Assembly: GCA_965198065.1 (NCBI GenBank)
Contig: CBDAON010000004.1
Coordinates: 672,001-736,000, forward strand
Direction: 5' to 3'
Length of the DNA stretch: 64,000 bases
Source: Longimicrobiales bacterium
GTDB taxonomy: Bacteria; Gemmatimonadota; Gemmatimonadetes; Longimicrobiales; Gaopeijiaceae
The translations under genes were made by a program, and so were the position numbers. Shown in pieces: positions 49,689 to 59,671 of this stretch. The notes beneath the pieces were generated by a model that had not been told where the DNA came from, did not search any database, and was given only the letters and a program-made list of their open reading frames with translations. Every line of letters begins with the position of its first letter. Positions within the stretch are counted from its first letter, which is position 1.

Positions 49689-50828
49689 TTATTCCGGCGG
49701 CAGGACCGGGGTCAACCCGCCCTCCGGGCCCTCGAACTCCGCCTGCCCCCCCCCACCCGGGACGTCGTTCAGGTTGATCACCCCTTCGATCTCGACCCGG
49801 TACTGAGCCCCCGCGATGAGAGGCCGCGAGAGCTCGAGGACGAGATCCCGCGTGGGAAGGACGGGGGCGGCGGGTGTGGCCTGGGCGCCGGGTGCCGCCG
49901 CTGCCTGCCGTTCGTCCCACTCCCAGCGGAAGAGGATGCTTACGACCTCCGGCGCGGCCGCCCCTTCCCGAATGAGGCGGGCCACTACGGTGCCGAGGTC
50001 CCCCTCGGCATCGAGGTAATCGTCGAAGGTGATCCCGAGCGTGAGCGAGTCGAGGACCGACGCTCGCTCGAGCTCCGCGGCAATCGTGTCGGGGAGGAGG
50101 AGCGGGAGATCCGTCACGACGATCGTGTCCCCGACGTTCACCCCGACGTCCACGGACGCCTGGCGCTCGGCGAAGTCGGCCTCTCCACTCCGGTTCCGGT
50201 CCTCGTACGCGACCAGCGCGTACCGACCCGACGGCATGTAGGGAAAGGTGAAGACGCCCGTCTCGTCGGAGACCGTGGACCGGCGGCTCCCTCCGTCCAG
50301 CGGTACGGCGTCGACCCGTGCCCCCCCGAGAGCGCGAAGGGTGAGGCGGTCCTGGGTCATTCCGGCGAGAAGCGTGGGCTCGAGCTCCGGGCCAGTCGAG
50401 AACACCACGTCGAGCGGGCCGGCCATCCCGTTCTGGTAGCGGTCCCGGAACCGGGGCAGGAGCGTCACCCGGTACACGGTCGCGTCCCGAAAGCCCCCCT
50501 CCATCGAAATCTCGATCCGATCTCCGCTCACACGCACCGTCAGGAGCCCGGTCTGGGGAGAGACGATCACCGCGTCGGAGAGCGATCCCTCGGTGGGGCG
50601 TTCGCTCAGGGTTCGCTCGAATCGGAGCTCGACGGGCCCCGCGAAGGGATCGATCCGTCCCAGGTGCGGCGGCGTCGTCTCAAGCACGCGAAGCGGGGTC
50701 TCGGGCACGGGGCCCCCCACCGGGGCCCCGGGGCGAGCGCACGCGGAAAGGGCGAGCGCGGCGAACGCGAGGAAGGCCGTCGTGAGGCGTCGACTCGCGG
50801 CCGCCCCGGTCACGGCCACTCCAGTCAC
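49689..50828 (-). CDS. Ig-like (Big_5) domain lipoprotein
   Basis: Lipobox LSAC, P.GGP, FSTG, carboxypeptidase-regulatory-like segment (G.F.F....G.Y...A..D.N). Confidence 0.7.
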   Translation of the reverse strand: MTGVAVTGAAASRRLTTAFLAFAALALSACARPGAPVGGPVPETPLRVLETTPPHLGRIDPFAGPVELRFERTLSERPTEGSLSDAVIVSPQTGLLTVRVSGDRIEISMEGGFRDATVYRVTLLPRFRDRYQNGMAGPLDVVFSTGPELEPTLLAGMTQDRLTLRALGGARVDAVPLDGGSRRSTVSDETGVFTFPYMPSGRYALVAYEDRNRSGEADFAERQASVDVGVNVGDTIVVTDLPLLLPDTIAAELERASVLDSLTLGITFDDYLDAEGDLGTVVARLIREGAAAPEVVSILFRWEWDERQAAAAPGAQATPAAPVLPTRDLVLELSRPLIAGAQYRVEIEGVINLNDVPGGGGQAEFEGPEGGLTPVLPPE

Positions 50829-53590
50829 GCCCGCTCCAGCGTGCCGAGCTTCTCCACCAGCTTGTCCCGCTGATCCCGGAACGACGACGCCTTCCCCCGC
50901 TCTTTCGCCACTACCTCGTCGGGAGCCTTGGACACGAAGGCCTCGTTCTGCAGCTTCCGCACTGTGCCCTGGAGCTGGTGCTCGAGCTTCTCGATCTTCC
51001 CCCGCAGACGGGCCCGCTCCCGCTCCAGGTCGACGAGTCCCTCGAGCGGCAGGAAGAGCTCGGTGCCGTCCTGGAGCACGGCCGTCGCGCCCACGCCGTG
51101 CTCGGAGGGGTCGCCGTACACGACCTCGGTGACCTTCGCGAGCTGCTCGAGGCTCCTCTGCTGCCCTTCCACCGCCTGCCTCCGGGCAGGCGGGATCCCG
51201 CTCAACACCACGGTCACGGCGGCCCCCTCGCCCACCCCGTACTCCTTTCGGAGCCGTCGGACGGCTGTCACGATTTCCTGGAAGCCGACCAAGGTGGCCT
51301 CGGCCTCGCCGTCCTCCCACTCGGAGCGAGGCTCGGGCCAGGGGGCCACGAGCAGGCTCTCCGGACGCGTCTGCCCCTCCGGCCAGGGAATGCGATCCCA
51401 GAGGTGTTCGGTGACGAATGGGATCACGGGGTGGAGGAGGCGGAGCACCCCGTCGAAGACGTGAACGAGGACGGAGCGCGCCGCCTGGCGACTCGCTTCG
51501 CCCTCCTCGCCCCGGAGACGACCCTTCACGAACTCCAGATACCAGTCCGCAAGGTCGCCCCAGAAGAAGTGGTGACTCCGCTCGATGGCCTCGTGCAAGC
51601 GGAAGCGCTCGAGGCCGGCCGTCACCGCGCGGGTCGTGTGGGACAGGCGGGAGAGCATCCAGCGGTCCGTGACCTCGAGGTCCCCCCAAGCCTGGTCCAG
51701 GGCGAGGACCGGGCCGTCGCCGACCGACATCAGCGTGAAGCGGCCCGCGTTCCACAGCTTGTTCGAGAAGTTCCGCCCGGGGGCAAACGTCGTCTCCAGG
51801 TCCTCGTGATCGAGGTGGATGTCCGTCCCCACTCCGCACATGGCCAGCACCGTGTAACGGAGGGCGTCGGCCCCGAAGCGGTCCACGACGTCGAGCGGAT
51901 CAATCCCGTTCCCGAGCGACTTGGACATCTTGCGTCCCCTGACATCGCGCACCGTGCCGTGGAGGAAGACGTCCCGGAACGGCGCTTCCCCCAGGAAGTG
52001 GTAGCCGGCCATGATCATCCGTGCCACCCAGAAGAAGAGGATCTCCGGCGCCGTCACCATCGCGTGTCCGGGATAGAACGCTCGGAGGTCGTCCGTCTCC
52101 TCCGGCCACCCGAGTGTCGAGAACGGCCAGAGCCACGAGCTGAACCAGGTATCGAGCACGTCCGGGTCCTGCTCGATCTCCTTCGATCCGCAGGCGGTGC
52201 ACTCCGTCGGATCCTCCCGGAGCGCCATCACCCCGCCGCATCCCTCCGCACGGCAGTACCACACAGGGATCCGGTGGCCCCACCAGAGCTGTCTGGATAT
52301 ACACCAGTCCCGGATATTCTCTAGCCAGTCCTCGTACACCTTCGTCCTGTGCGCCGGATAGAACGTGATCGTCCCGTCCCTCGACGCCTGGAGGGCCGGC
52401 TCCGCGAGCGGCTTCATCCTCACGAACCACTGCATGGAGAGGCGCGGCTCCACGACGGTCCCACACCGGTAGCACTCGGGAATCGAGTGCCGGTGAGGCT
52501 CGCCGTCACCGTAGAGCCCAGCGTCGTCGAGCGCGCGCACGACCGCCTTCCTGGCCTCGAAGCGGTCCAGCCCCCGGAAAGCCTCGGGAACCGCTTCGTT
52601 CATGTGCGCGTCCGGAGTCATCACGTCGAGGGGCTCGAGCCCGGTGCGTCGGGCCACCTCGAAGTCGTTCGGGTCGTGGGCCGGGGTGACCTTCACGATC
52701 CCGGTCCCGAACTCGGGGTCCACCCACTCGTCCGCCACCACAGGGATCTCCCGCCCCGTGAGGGGGAGCACGACGCGCCCGCCGATCAGAGCGGCATAGC
52801 GCGTGTCCTTCGGATGCACGGCCACCCCCGTGTCCCCAAGCATCGTCTCGGGTCGGGTCGTGGAAACCGTGAGGTACCAGCTCCCGTCGTCGCGGCGGCC
52901 GAACGCCTTCGCGCCCGCGGCGCTCGCGGTCCGGGCCGCGTCTGAGAGCTCGGCGGAAAGCGGGTAACGGAGGTGGTGGAGCGTCCCCTCCGACTCCGTT
53001 CCCTCCGCCTCCTCGTTCGAGAGGGCGGTCAGGCACCGTGGACACCAGTTGATGATGTATTCACCCCGGTAGATCAGCCCCTCGTCGTACAGGCTCACGA
53101 AGACCTCGCGCACCGCTCGCGAGAGCCCTTCGTCCAGCGTGAAGCGGGTCCGATCCCAGTCGCAGCTCGCCCCGATTGCTCCCAGCTGCTCAAGGATCCT
53201 TCCCCCGGTCTCGTTTACGAACGCCCACACCCGCTCCACGAACGCCTTCCGGCCCAGGTCGAAGCGGGTCTTCCCCTCCTCGGCCAGCATGCGCTCGACG
53301 ACGTTCTGCGTGGCGATCCCGGCGTGGTCGGTGCCCGGCACCCACAGGGCACCCCTGCCCTGCATCCGCCGCCACCGGATGAGGACGTCCTGCACCGCGT
53401 TGTTAAGCCCGTGCCCCATGTGGAGCACCGCGGTCACGTTCGGGGGAGGAATGACGATGACATAGGGATCGAGCCCGTCCTCGAGCACGGCGGAGGCGGG
53501 AAGGTGAAACGTCCCGCGCTCCCGGGCTCGACGATACAACGACGCCTCGATCGCGCGTGGGTCGAGGCGGGTCGGAAGGGCTTCAGACAC
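50825..53590 (-). CDS. valS: Valine--tRNA ligase
   Basis: PPPNVT..LHMGH, GTDHAGIATQ, TTRPET, DWCISRQLWWGH, DVLDTWFSS, KMSKS, C-terminal coiled coil. Confidence 0.97.
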   Translation of the reverse strand: MSEALPTRLDPRAIEASLYRRARERGTFHLPASAVLEDGLDPYVIVIPPPNVTAVLHMGHGLNNAVQDVLIRWRRMQGRGALWVPGTDHAGIATQNVVERMLAEEGKTRFDLGRKAFVERVWAFVNETGGRILEQLGAIGASCDWDRTRFTLDEGLSRAVREVFVSLYDEGLIYRGEYIINWCPRCLTALSNEEAEGTESEGTLHHLRYPLSAELSDAARTASAAGAKAFGRRDDGSWYLTVSTTRPETMLGDTGVAVHPKDTRYAALIGGRVVLPLTGREIPVVADEWVDPEFGTGIVKVTPAHDPNDFEVARRTGLEPLDVMTPDAHMNEAVPEAFRGLDRFEARKAVVRALDDAGLYGDGEPHRHSIPECYRCGTVVEPRLSMQWFVRMKPLAEPALQASRDGTITFYPAHRTKVYEDWLENIRDWCISRQLWWGHRIPVWYCRAEGCGGVMALREDPTECTACGSKEIEQDPDVLDTWFSSWLWPFSTLGWPEETDDLRAFYPGHAMVTAPEILFFWVARMIMAGYHFLGEAPFRDVFLHGTVRDVRGRKMSKSLGNGIDPLDVVDRFGADALRYTVLAMCGVGTDIHLDHEDLETTFAPGRNFSNKLWNAGRFTLMSVGDGPVLALDQAWGDLEVTDRWMLSRLSHTTRAVTAGLERFRLHEAIERSHHFFWGDLADWYLEFVKGRLRGEEGEASRQAARSVLVHVFDGVLRLLHPVIPFVTEHLWDRIPWPEGQTRPESLLVAPWPEPRSEWEDGEAEATLVGFQEIVTAVRRLRKEYGVGEGAAVTVVLSGIPPARRQAVEGQQRSLEQLAKVTEVVYGDPSEHGVGATAVLQDGTELFLPLEGLVDLERERARLRGKIEKLEHQLQGTVRKLQNEAFVSKAPDEVVAKERGKASSFRDQRDKLVEKLGTLERA

Positions 53591-53647
53591 GACGCAAACG
53601 GAACCGGGGTCGCCGGGGAGGGCGCGGCGCACGGGAGGGACCTCGCC

Positions 53648-54982
53648 TCAGGCTCTAGGAGATCGGGACTGGCCCACCACGGATCGTCGAACGCCCTTGG
53701 GGGCCGGAGTCAGGGGGGATGTGACGGCTCCCGCGCGTGGCCACAGGGCGTTGAAGACCTCCACGGGGAGCGACAGGAAGACCTCCGCTTCCCGGGGAGA
53801 GAACTGAGTGCCGGTGCCGTCCCGGAGCTCCGCAAGCGCCTGCGGCCGGGCGAGCGCCGGGCGGTAGGCGCGGGCCGACGTCATGGCGTCGAATGCGTCG
53901 CACACGCCCAGCACCCGGGCCACGAACGGGATCCTCTCCCCGGAGAGCTCTTCCGGGTATCCGCTTCCGTCCCAGCGCTCGTGGTGATGGCGGCAGCCGG
54001 GAGCGAGTCCGCGCAGGGCCGGGATCTCCTCGAGCAGGAGCGCGCCGTACCTCGCGTGCTGCCGCACCTGCTCGCGCTCCTCCAGGGCAAGCCCACCCGG
54101 CTTACGGAGGATCCTGGACGGGACCGACAGCTTCCCCAAATCGTGCAGGTACCCGGCGGCCTGGATGTGCACCTCCATCTCCGGACCAAAGCCCAGCTCG
54201 CGAGTCACCGACGCCGCCAGATGCGCGACCCGCCGTGAATGGCCTCCCGTGTACGGGTCCTTCGCATCGATCAGACCGGAGAACAGCTCGAGCAGGATCC
54301 CCGCCGAGGGCGACGGCACCTGCTGGGGCACAACCGTGTCGATAGCCTGGGAGCGGAAGTCCCGGTAGAGGCCGCTCTGGAACTTGGGAATCCCTCCCAG
54401 TCGCTCGATGTCCAGCCACAACTCGGCGACGGCCGGATCGAACTCGGCGCCCGCCCCCCGGGCGACGATCTCGCGGATCTCGTCCGGCGTCCTCCCACCG
54501 CGGTGGGGTCGGCTCTCGCCCAGCGCCGTGACCGTGTCCGCCAACCGGAGGATGCGGGCTCCCAGGGGGATAGCGTCACCGGACAGGTGGTCCGGGTAGC
54601 CGCCCCCGTCCCACCACTCATGGTGATGCCGGATAAGGGCTTCCGATCGATCCAGGAACGGGATCGTCCGCACCCAGGCGGCGCTTCGAAGCGGGTGGGA
54701 CTCCACCTCGGCACGGGCGAGGGCCGGGAGCACCGGGACCGGGTCTTCCCACGCCTCCTCCACGAGGCCGATCATCCCCAGGTCCGCCAGGACCGCGGCA
54801 AAGAAGAGGTCCGCGAGGTCTTCTTCCGTGAGACCGAAGCGTTTCCCGAGCGAGATGGTGAGGACTGCGGTGCGCGGACCGTGCTCGAAGAGGTATCCCT
54901 TCGCCGTGCCCATGCCCTGGGCCAGCGCCTCGAGCAGGCCCTTGTAGAAGGCCCCTCCTTCCATGGAGCCGGAAGAATCCAC
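53648..54982 (-). CDS. Tandem HD-GYP domain phosphodiesterase
   Basis: Two HHE.WDG.GYP motifs; first domain has AD instead of HD, second has intact HDLGK. Confidence 0.88.
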   Translation of the reverse strand: MDSSGSMEGGAFYKGLLEALAQGMGTAKGYLFEHGPRTAVLTISLGKRFGLTEEDLADLFFAAVLADLGMIGLVEEAWEDPVPVLPALARAEVESHPLRSAAWVRTIPFLDRSEALIRHHHEWWDGGGYPDHLSGDAIPLGARILRLADTVTALGESRPHRGGRTPDEIREIVARGAGAEFDPAVAELWLDIERLGGIPKFQSGLYRDFRSQAIDTVVPQQVPSPSAGILLELFSGLIDAKDPYTGGHSRRVAHLAASVTRELGFGPEMEVHIQAAGYLHDLGKLSVPSRILRKPGGLALEEREQVRQHARYGALLLEEIPALRGLAPGCRHHHERWDGSGYPEELSGERIPFVARVLGVCDAFDAMTSARAYRPALARPQALAELRDGTGTQFSPREAEVFLSLPVEVFNALWPRAGAVTSPLTPAPKGVRRSVVGQSRSPRA

Positions 54983-55158
54983 GCTCCCCCCAAGAGTCCG
55001 AGGCCCGAGGGCAAAAAAATGCCCGCTACTGACCGGGAACGGAGGAAACATCTGAGGGCCAGAAGAAAAGCGCAAGCGGATGAGAGGACGCGATCGGGGG
55101 CCGCGACAGGGCGTGACCGGGCACGACGACAGGGCACTACAGGACGCTGACGAGCGGC

Positions 55159-56016
55159 CTATCGCCCGTTTCCCCGGTCGCTCGTAACGTCACGGGCCGC
55201 GGCGCGATCCGCCTCCAGGCGCTCGCGGATCGCACGAGCACGATCGGCCCACGTCTCCCGGATCTGGGCCACGACGGCACCCTGCGCGAGGTCCTGCGCG
55301 AGCCACTGCCGCCCCGCCCACTCCCGGCGCTGATCGGGTGGGACCTCGAACGAGAAGGGCAGCGGGATCGAGAAGTCACCGAGGTAGAGCCGCCCGGAGG
55401 CGAGCCCCCAGCGCCGCCCGTCCGAGTCCGTGTACGTCCAGTCTCGAGCTCGATTCGCGAGCGCCTCGGCCACAGCTACCGAATCGTTCCACGTGCGAAT
55501 CATCCCCCGCAGAAGAAGGTCGGCCCGCTCGAAGTCCGTGAGCTCCGAGAAGTGCCGATCCACCCCCGCCCAGAGGCGAGGGTCCCCCATTCGGGGCTGG
55601 AGGCGCTCCGCCACGGTGAGGTCTCGCACGACCACGACCCGTTCCTCCTCCTCCTCGGTCTCCTGCGTGGCGTCCACGACAACGGAGGCGGGAGTCAGAG
55701 GCGGCTCGTCGGGTGCCGGCTCGGGCGGCTCCTGCGGCGCGGGGGGGGGAGGCTCCGCCGCCTGGGGCTCCTCGATCACCGGAGGATCCGGCAGGGTCAC
55801 GAGCTCGACCCCGAGCGGCTGTCGCCTGGGGGGAGTCGGCTCCCGCGGCGTGTCGGGAAGAGGGAGCGTGCCCACGGCGGACGCGTAGAGCCCGATTGCG
55901 AGCACGTGCAAGGCTAGCGAGATGGTGAAGCCGACACCCAGCGCGCGCCGCTCTTCGACCCGTCGAGGAGCACCTTCCGAGGGTGAGGAAGGCTGTCTCT
56001 TGCCAGAAGGGCTCAT
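55159..56016 (-). CDS. Hypothetical membrane-anchored proline-rich protein (TonB-like N-terminus)
   Basis: SLALH TM anchor, Pro-rich linker, tail DWT.TD..GRRWG. Confidence 0.6.
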   Translation of the reverse strand: MSPSGKRQPSSPSEGAPRRVEERRALGVGFTISLALHVLAIGLYASAVGTLPLPDTPREPTPPRRQPLGVELVTLPDPPVIEEPQAAEPPPPAPQEPPEPAPDEPPLTPASVVVDATQETEEEEERVVVVRDLTVAERLQPRMGDPRLWAGVDRHFSELTDFERADLLLRGMIRTWNDSVAVAEALANRARDWTYTDSDGRRWGLASGRLYLGDFSIPLPFSFEVPPDQRREWAGRQWLAQDLAQGAVVAQIRETWADRARAIRERLEADRAAARDVTSDRGNGR

Positions 56017-56062
56017 GGCCCTTGGTAACCCCTGTGGGAGGGGCAGTTCCTGCGGAGCGCGC

Positions 56063-56737
56063 TCACCCGCCCGACGGGCCGACCGCGTACGACCAGGGCT
56101 CGCCCGAGCCGGACCGAACGGGATTCTTCACATCTCCGACGCCCGGAATGCTCACCTCGACCTCGTCCCACGGAACGATGGGACCGATTCCGGATGGCGT
56201 GCCTGTGGCAATGAGGTCCCCCGGCTCGAGCGTCATGACGCGGGAGATGAACGAGAGGAGGGCGGGGATCTGGAAGACGGCGTCGGCGAACGCTCCATCC
56301 TGCTTCAGCTCCCCGTTCACCCACGTCTGAACCCGGAGCGTGGAGAGGTCTACTCCCTCCAGCGGGACCGGTTGGCCCACGGGGCAGAACGTGTCGAATC
56401 CCTTGGCCCGGGTCCACTGTCCGTCCACTCGCTGGAGGTCACGCGCAGTCACGTCGTTCAGCGCTAGAATCGCGGACACGTGCTCCAGCGCGTCCTTCTC
56501 GCGGACCCTGCGCGCCTGCTTCCCGACCTGGAAGGCAATCTCGCCCTCGAAATCGATGCGTCCCGCGCCGGGGGGGACCAAGATCTCCTCGCCCGACTCG
56601 ATCAGGCTCGAGAGCGGCTTCAGAAAGATGAGCGGCTCCGCGGGAACGTCTCCGCCGAGCTCCCTCACGTGGTCCCGGTAGTTCTTTCCGACGCAGACGA
56701 TCTTCGTCGGATACGGATCCAGGCCGGGAGCCAACAC
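56063..56737 (-). CDS. Fumarylacetoacetate hydrolase family protein
   Basis: KIVCVGKNY..H, P.IFLKP, DFEGE, NDVTARDLQ, AKGFDTF, GDLIATGTPSG. Confidence 0.92.
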   Translation of the reverse strand: MLAPGLDPYPTKIVCVGKNYRDHVRELGGDVPAEPLIFLKPLSSLIESGEEILVPPGAGRIDFEGEIAFQVGKQARRVREKDALEHVSAILALNDVTARDLQRVDGQWTRAKGFDTFCPVGQPVPLEGVDLSTLRVQTWVNGELKQDGAFADAVFQIPALLSFISRVMTLEPGDLIATGTPSGIGPIVPWDEVEVSIPGVGDVKNPVRSGSGEPWSYAVGPSGG

Positions 56738-56742
56738 CCCCC

Positions 56743-56946
56743 TTACTTCGCCGGCCCCTGGCGCCGATGGCGCGCCGTACCCACGAAGGCCACGGCCGAA
56801 GCAATCGCGAGCAACGCGGCGATGACGGCCCACCAGAACCCGAGGTCCGAATACCCAGCCGACCATCCCGCGGCCGAGTTCCGGAAGGCAAGGAGGGTGA
56901 AGAGGAGCCAGATCGCTCCCACGGCAAAACCGAAGATCCTGGACAT
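56743..56946 (-). CDS. Small two-helix membrane protein
   Basis: MSRIFGFAVGAIWLLFTLLAF..GW..G..DLGFWWAVIAALLAIA; within the operon. Confidence 0.65.
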   Translation of the reverse strand: MSRIFGFAVGAIWLLFTLLAFRNSAAGWSAGYSDLGFWWAVIAALLAIASAVAFVGTARHRRQGPAK

Positions 56947-57031
56947 AGGCTGGTTCGTGCCTGGGGGTTGGACGGTCGGCACCCCGGAAGACGAGGTAAT
57001 CTACCGCGGGCAACCCTCGGGGCAACTGCGG

Positions 57032-59671
57032 TTATCCCCCCCGGCGCTCGTAGAACTCCTCGAGGCGGGCCCTGACCTCTCCCCACGGGCCTTTCACGAG
57101 GGGAGCATCGGGAAGTGCGGCTCGAAGTGCGTGGCCATACGTCCGGGTTAGGATCCGGGAGTCGAGGAGGACGATGCCCCCCCGATCGTCCCGCGAGCGA
57201 ATGAGCCGGCCGAACCCCTGTTTCAGGCGAAGCGCGGCGAGGGGGACCAGGTAGGTGTGGAACGCGCTCCGCCCCTTCGCCTCGATCGCCTCCATCCGCG
57301 CCTGGGTTACCGGCTCCGTGGGCACCCGGAAGGGGAGCTTCTGGAGCACGAGTCCGCGGAGCGGACGCCCGGGAACGTCCACGCCCTCCCAAAAGGACGC
57401 TGTGCCGAGAAGGACTCCGTCGCCGGAACGCCTGAAGTCCTCGATGAGCTTGGTGCGGGGTCGCTCGCCGTGCACCAGGAGCGGCCATCGCCGATCCACG
57501 GCGGCGGCGCGGAGTAGCGCGGCGACCGAGCGGAGCGCGCCGTGGGAGGTGAAGAGCGCGAAGATCCCGCCCCCGGTGATCTCGGCGAGGTCACGGACGA
57601 CCCGAGCTGTAGCCTCCTGGAAGGGCCCGCCCGCACCTGGGCCGGGCTGGTCGGTGGGGACGCAGAACAGGGTCTGGGTCCGATACTCGAACGAGGAGGT
57701 GAGGAGGGTCTCGGTCACGGGAACGACCCCCGCCGCCTCACCCTCAGGATCGGCCACGTCCACGTCGGTGAGCACCGAGACCCGACCATCGCCGGGCCAC
57801 CCGCCGACGTCGTTACCCTCGCCGCCGGGCTCGCCCCTTCGTTCCTTCCCCCCGGGGCCCCCGAGCCCGAGCCGCTCCCTCATGAAGCGGAAGCCGCCCT
57901 CCGCGGTGGCGAGCGTGGCCGACGTGATCACGGCGGACTCGACCCGCTCGAAGAGCCCGCTCCGGAGAACGCTCCCCGGCTCGATCGGCGCGGCCGCCAG
58001 GACGACGTCTCCGAGCACACCCCCCGGCCGCCACCGCCCCTCGATCCACCGAACGAACGCCCCCGCCGCGCCCTCCGGACCGAGCACGATAGAGAGGCCC
58101 TGGCGCGCCTCGGCGAGCCGGCGTTCGACCGCGCGCAGATCGAGGCGGCGGCCGGCCATGCGGTCCGAGAGGGCTGGGTTCTCCTCGAGCGCCACCCGGA
58201 GCTTCTCGAGCTCGGAGACGAGGCGGCCGAGCTCGGCGGTCACCCGGTCGAGCAGCTCGGCCACGCCCACATCGGCCGAAGGGTCTCGAGGGTCGCCGCG
58301 GCCCAGCCGGAGCGGCTCCTCCGTCCCCGAGGGAACGGACGGATCGATAGCATCGAACAGGGCGCCGAGGGCCTCCCGGGCCGCGAGCACTGCGGGGCGA
58401 ATCGTGCGGCTCAGACCGTCCCGGAGCGAGGCCGCCCCCCAGTCGGCGGCCGCTCCGGCGAGCACCGCCTCGACGGCGTTCAGGAGCCCCTTCCCGTTGC
58501 GGTCCAGGCGGTCGAGCGATCGGTAGAGCCCGGTGCGCGTGATCTCTACACCTAGGTGCCGGGTGGCCGCATCCTCCGCGTTGTGCGCCTCGTCCAGGAC
58601 CACGTGCCGGTAGGGCGGGAGCACGGCGGCCTCGGTCCAGTTCTCGGTGGCCATCCGGACGGAGAGGTCCACGAAGAGGAGCGCATGGTTCGTGACGAGG
58701 AGCCCGGCCGCGGCCACCTCCCTTCGGGCCTTCTGGTAGTAGCACGCCTGAAAGTGCGGGCAGCGGGCTCCCATGCAGATGTCGCCGTCCGAGCGCACCT
58801 CCTCCCAGACCTCGTCCGAGGGGGCGCTCGCGAGATCCGAGAGCGAGCCGTCCTCGGTGGTCTGGATCCATTCGACCAGCGCCGAGAGCTCCGAGCCCCG
58901 ATCGTCCTCGAAGAGCGCCGGGGCGGTCTCGGCCGCCAGCAGGAGCCGCCGGATCGAGACGTAGTTCCCCCGACCCTTGGCGAGCGCCCACCGGAGGTCC
59001 TCTCCGGCGAGTTCCCGCACAATGGGGAGGTCCTTCCGCACGAGCTGCTCCTGGAGGTTGATCGTGTTCGTGGAGATCACGGTGCGCCCGCCGCCAGCGA
59101 GCGCCCATCGCGCGGCCGGGACCAGGTACGCGAGCGACTTGCCCGTTCCCGTCCCCGCCTCGACCATCGCGACGCCTCCGTCGTTGTAGCGGGCGACGAC
59201 CTCGCGAAGCATCGCGCGCTGCGACGGCCGGTCTTCGAAGCCGGCATGAATGCGGGCGAGAGCCCCACCGGGAGCGAGGAGCGTCTCCTCCTCGTCCGGA
59301 TCGAGCCGTGGTCGAGCCCTCGGCGCGGGAGGCTCCACGACCACGTAAAGCGAGCGCGCCTCGCTGTCTACGATTCCGGTGCCGAGCCCCTCCTCGTAGA
59401 CGCGGGCGGCGAGCGCCAGATCGGCATCGGAGGGCTCGAGACGTCCGGACGGGTGGTTGTGGAGGAGGATCTCACCGGGCGCGGCGTCCCGCGCAGCGGC
59501 GAGGACGGCCTCGCGGTTTCCCCGAGCGACGGCGCGGGGCTCCACGATGCGGCAGTCGGCCACGACGCGCGCCAAAAAGCAGACCTCTCGTCCCCCGGCA
59601 CGTTCGATCTCCCGGCGGATTACCTCGGCCGCGGCGGCGTCCAGCGTGAGCGGAAGAGGAGCGTCCGTCAG
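57032..59671 (-). CDS. DinG/YoaA-family helicase with an N-terminal JAB/MPN domain
   Basis: E..HNHPSG...PS.AD JAB motif; EAGTGTGKS, DEAH, TSATL, LFTS, FWEGVDVPG, KLPF, QGFGRLIR; start uncertain (CTG overlapping the upstream stop). Confidence 0.9.
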   Translation of the reverse strand: MTDAPLPLTLDAAAAEVIRREIERAGGREVCFLARVVADCRIVEPRAVARGNREAVLAAARDAAPGEILLHNHPSGRLEPSDADLALAARVYEEGLGTGIVDSEARSLYVVVEPPAPRARPRLDPDEEETLLAPGGALARIHAGFEDRPSQRAMLREVVARYNDGGVAMVEAGTGTGKSLAYLVPAARWALAGGGRTVISTNTINLQEQLVRKDLPIVRELAGEDLRWALAKGRGNYVSIRRLLLAAETAPALFEDDRGSELSALVEWIQTTEDGSLSDLASAPSDEVWEEVRSDGDICMGARCPHFQACYYQKARREVAAAGLLVTNHALLFVDLSVRMATENWTEAAVLPPYRHVVLDEAHNAEDAATRHLGVEITRTGLYRSLDRLDRNGKGLLNAVEAVLAGAAADWGAASLRDGLSRTIRPAVLAAREALGALFDAIDPSVPSGTEEPLRLGRGDPRDPSADVGVAELLDRVTAELGRLVSELEKLRVALEENPALSDRMAGRRLDLRAVERRLAEARQGLSIVLGPEGAAGAFVRWIEGRWRPGGVLGDVVLAAAPIEPGSVLRSGLFERVESAVITSATLATAEGGFRFMRERLGLGGPGGKERRGEPGGEGNDVGGWPGDGRVSVLTDVDVADPEGEAAGVVPVTETLLTSSFEYRTQTLFCVPTDQPGPGAGGPFQEATARVVRDLAEITGGGIFALFTSHGALRSVAALLRAAAVDRRWPLLVHGERPRTKLIEDFRRSGDGVLLGTASFWEGVDVPGRPLRGLVLQKLPFRVPTEPVTQARMEAIEAKGRSAFHTYLVPLAALRLKQGFGRLIRSRDDRGGIVLLDSRILTRTYGHALRAALPDAPLVKGPWGEVRARLEEFYERRGG

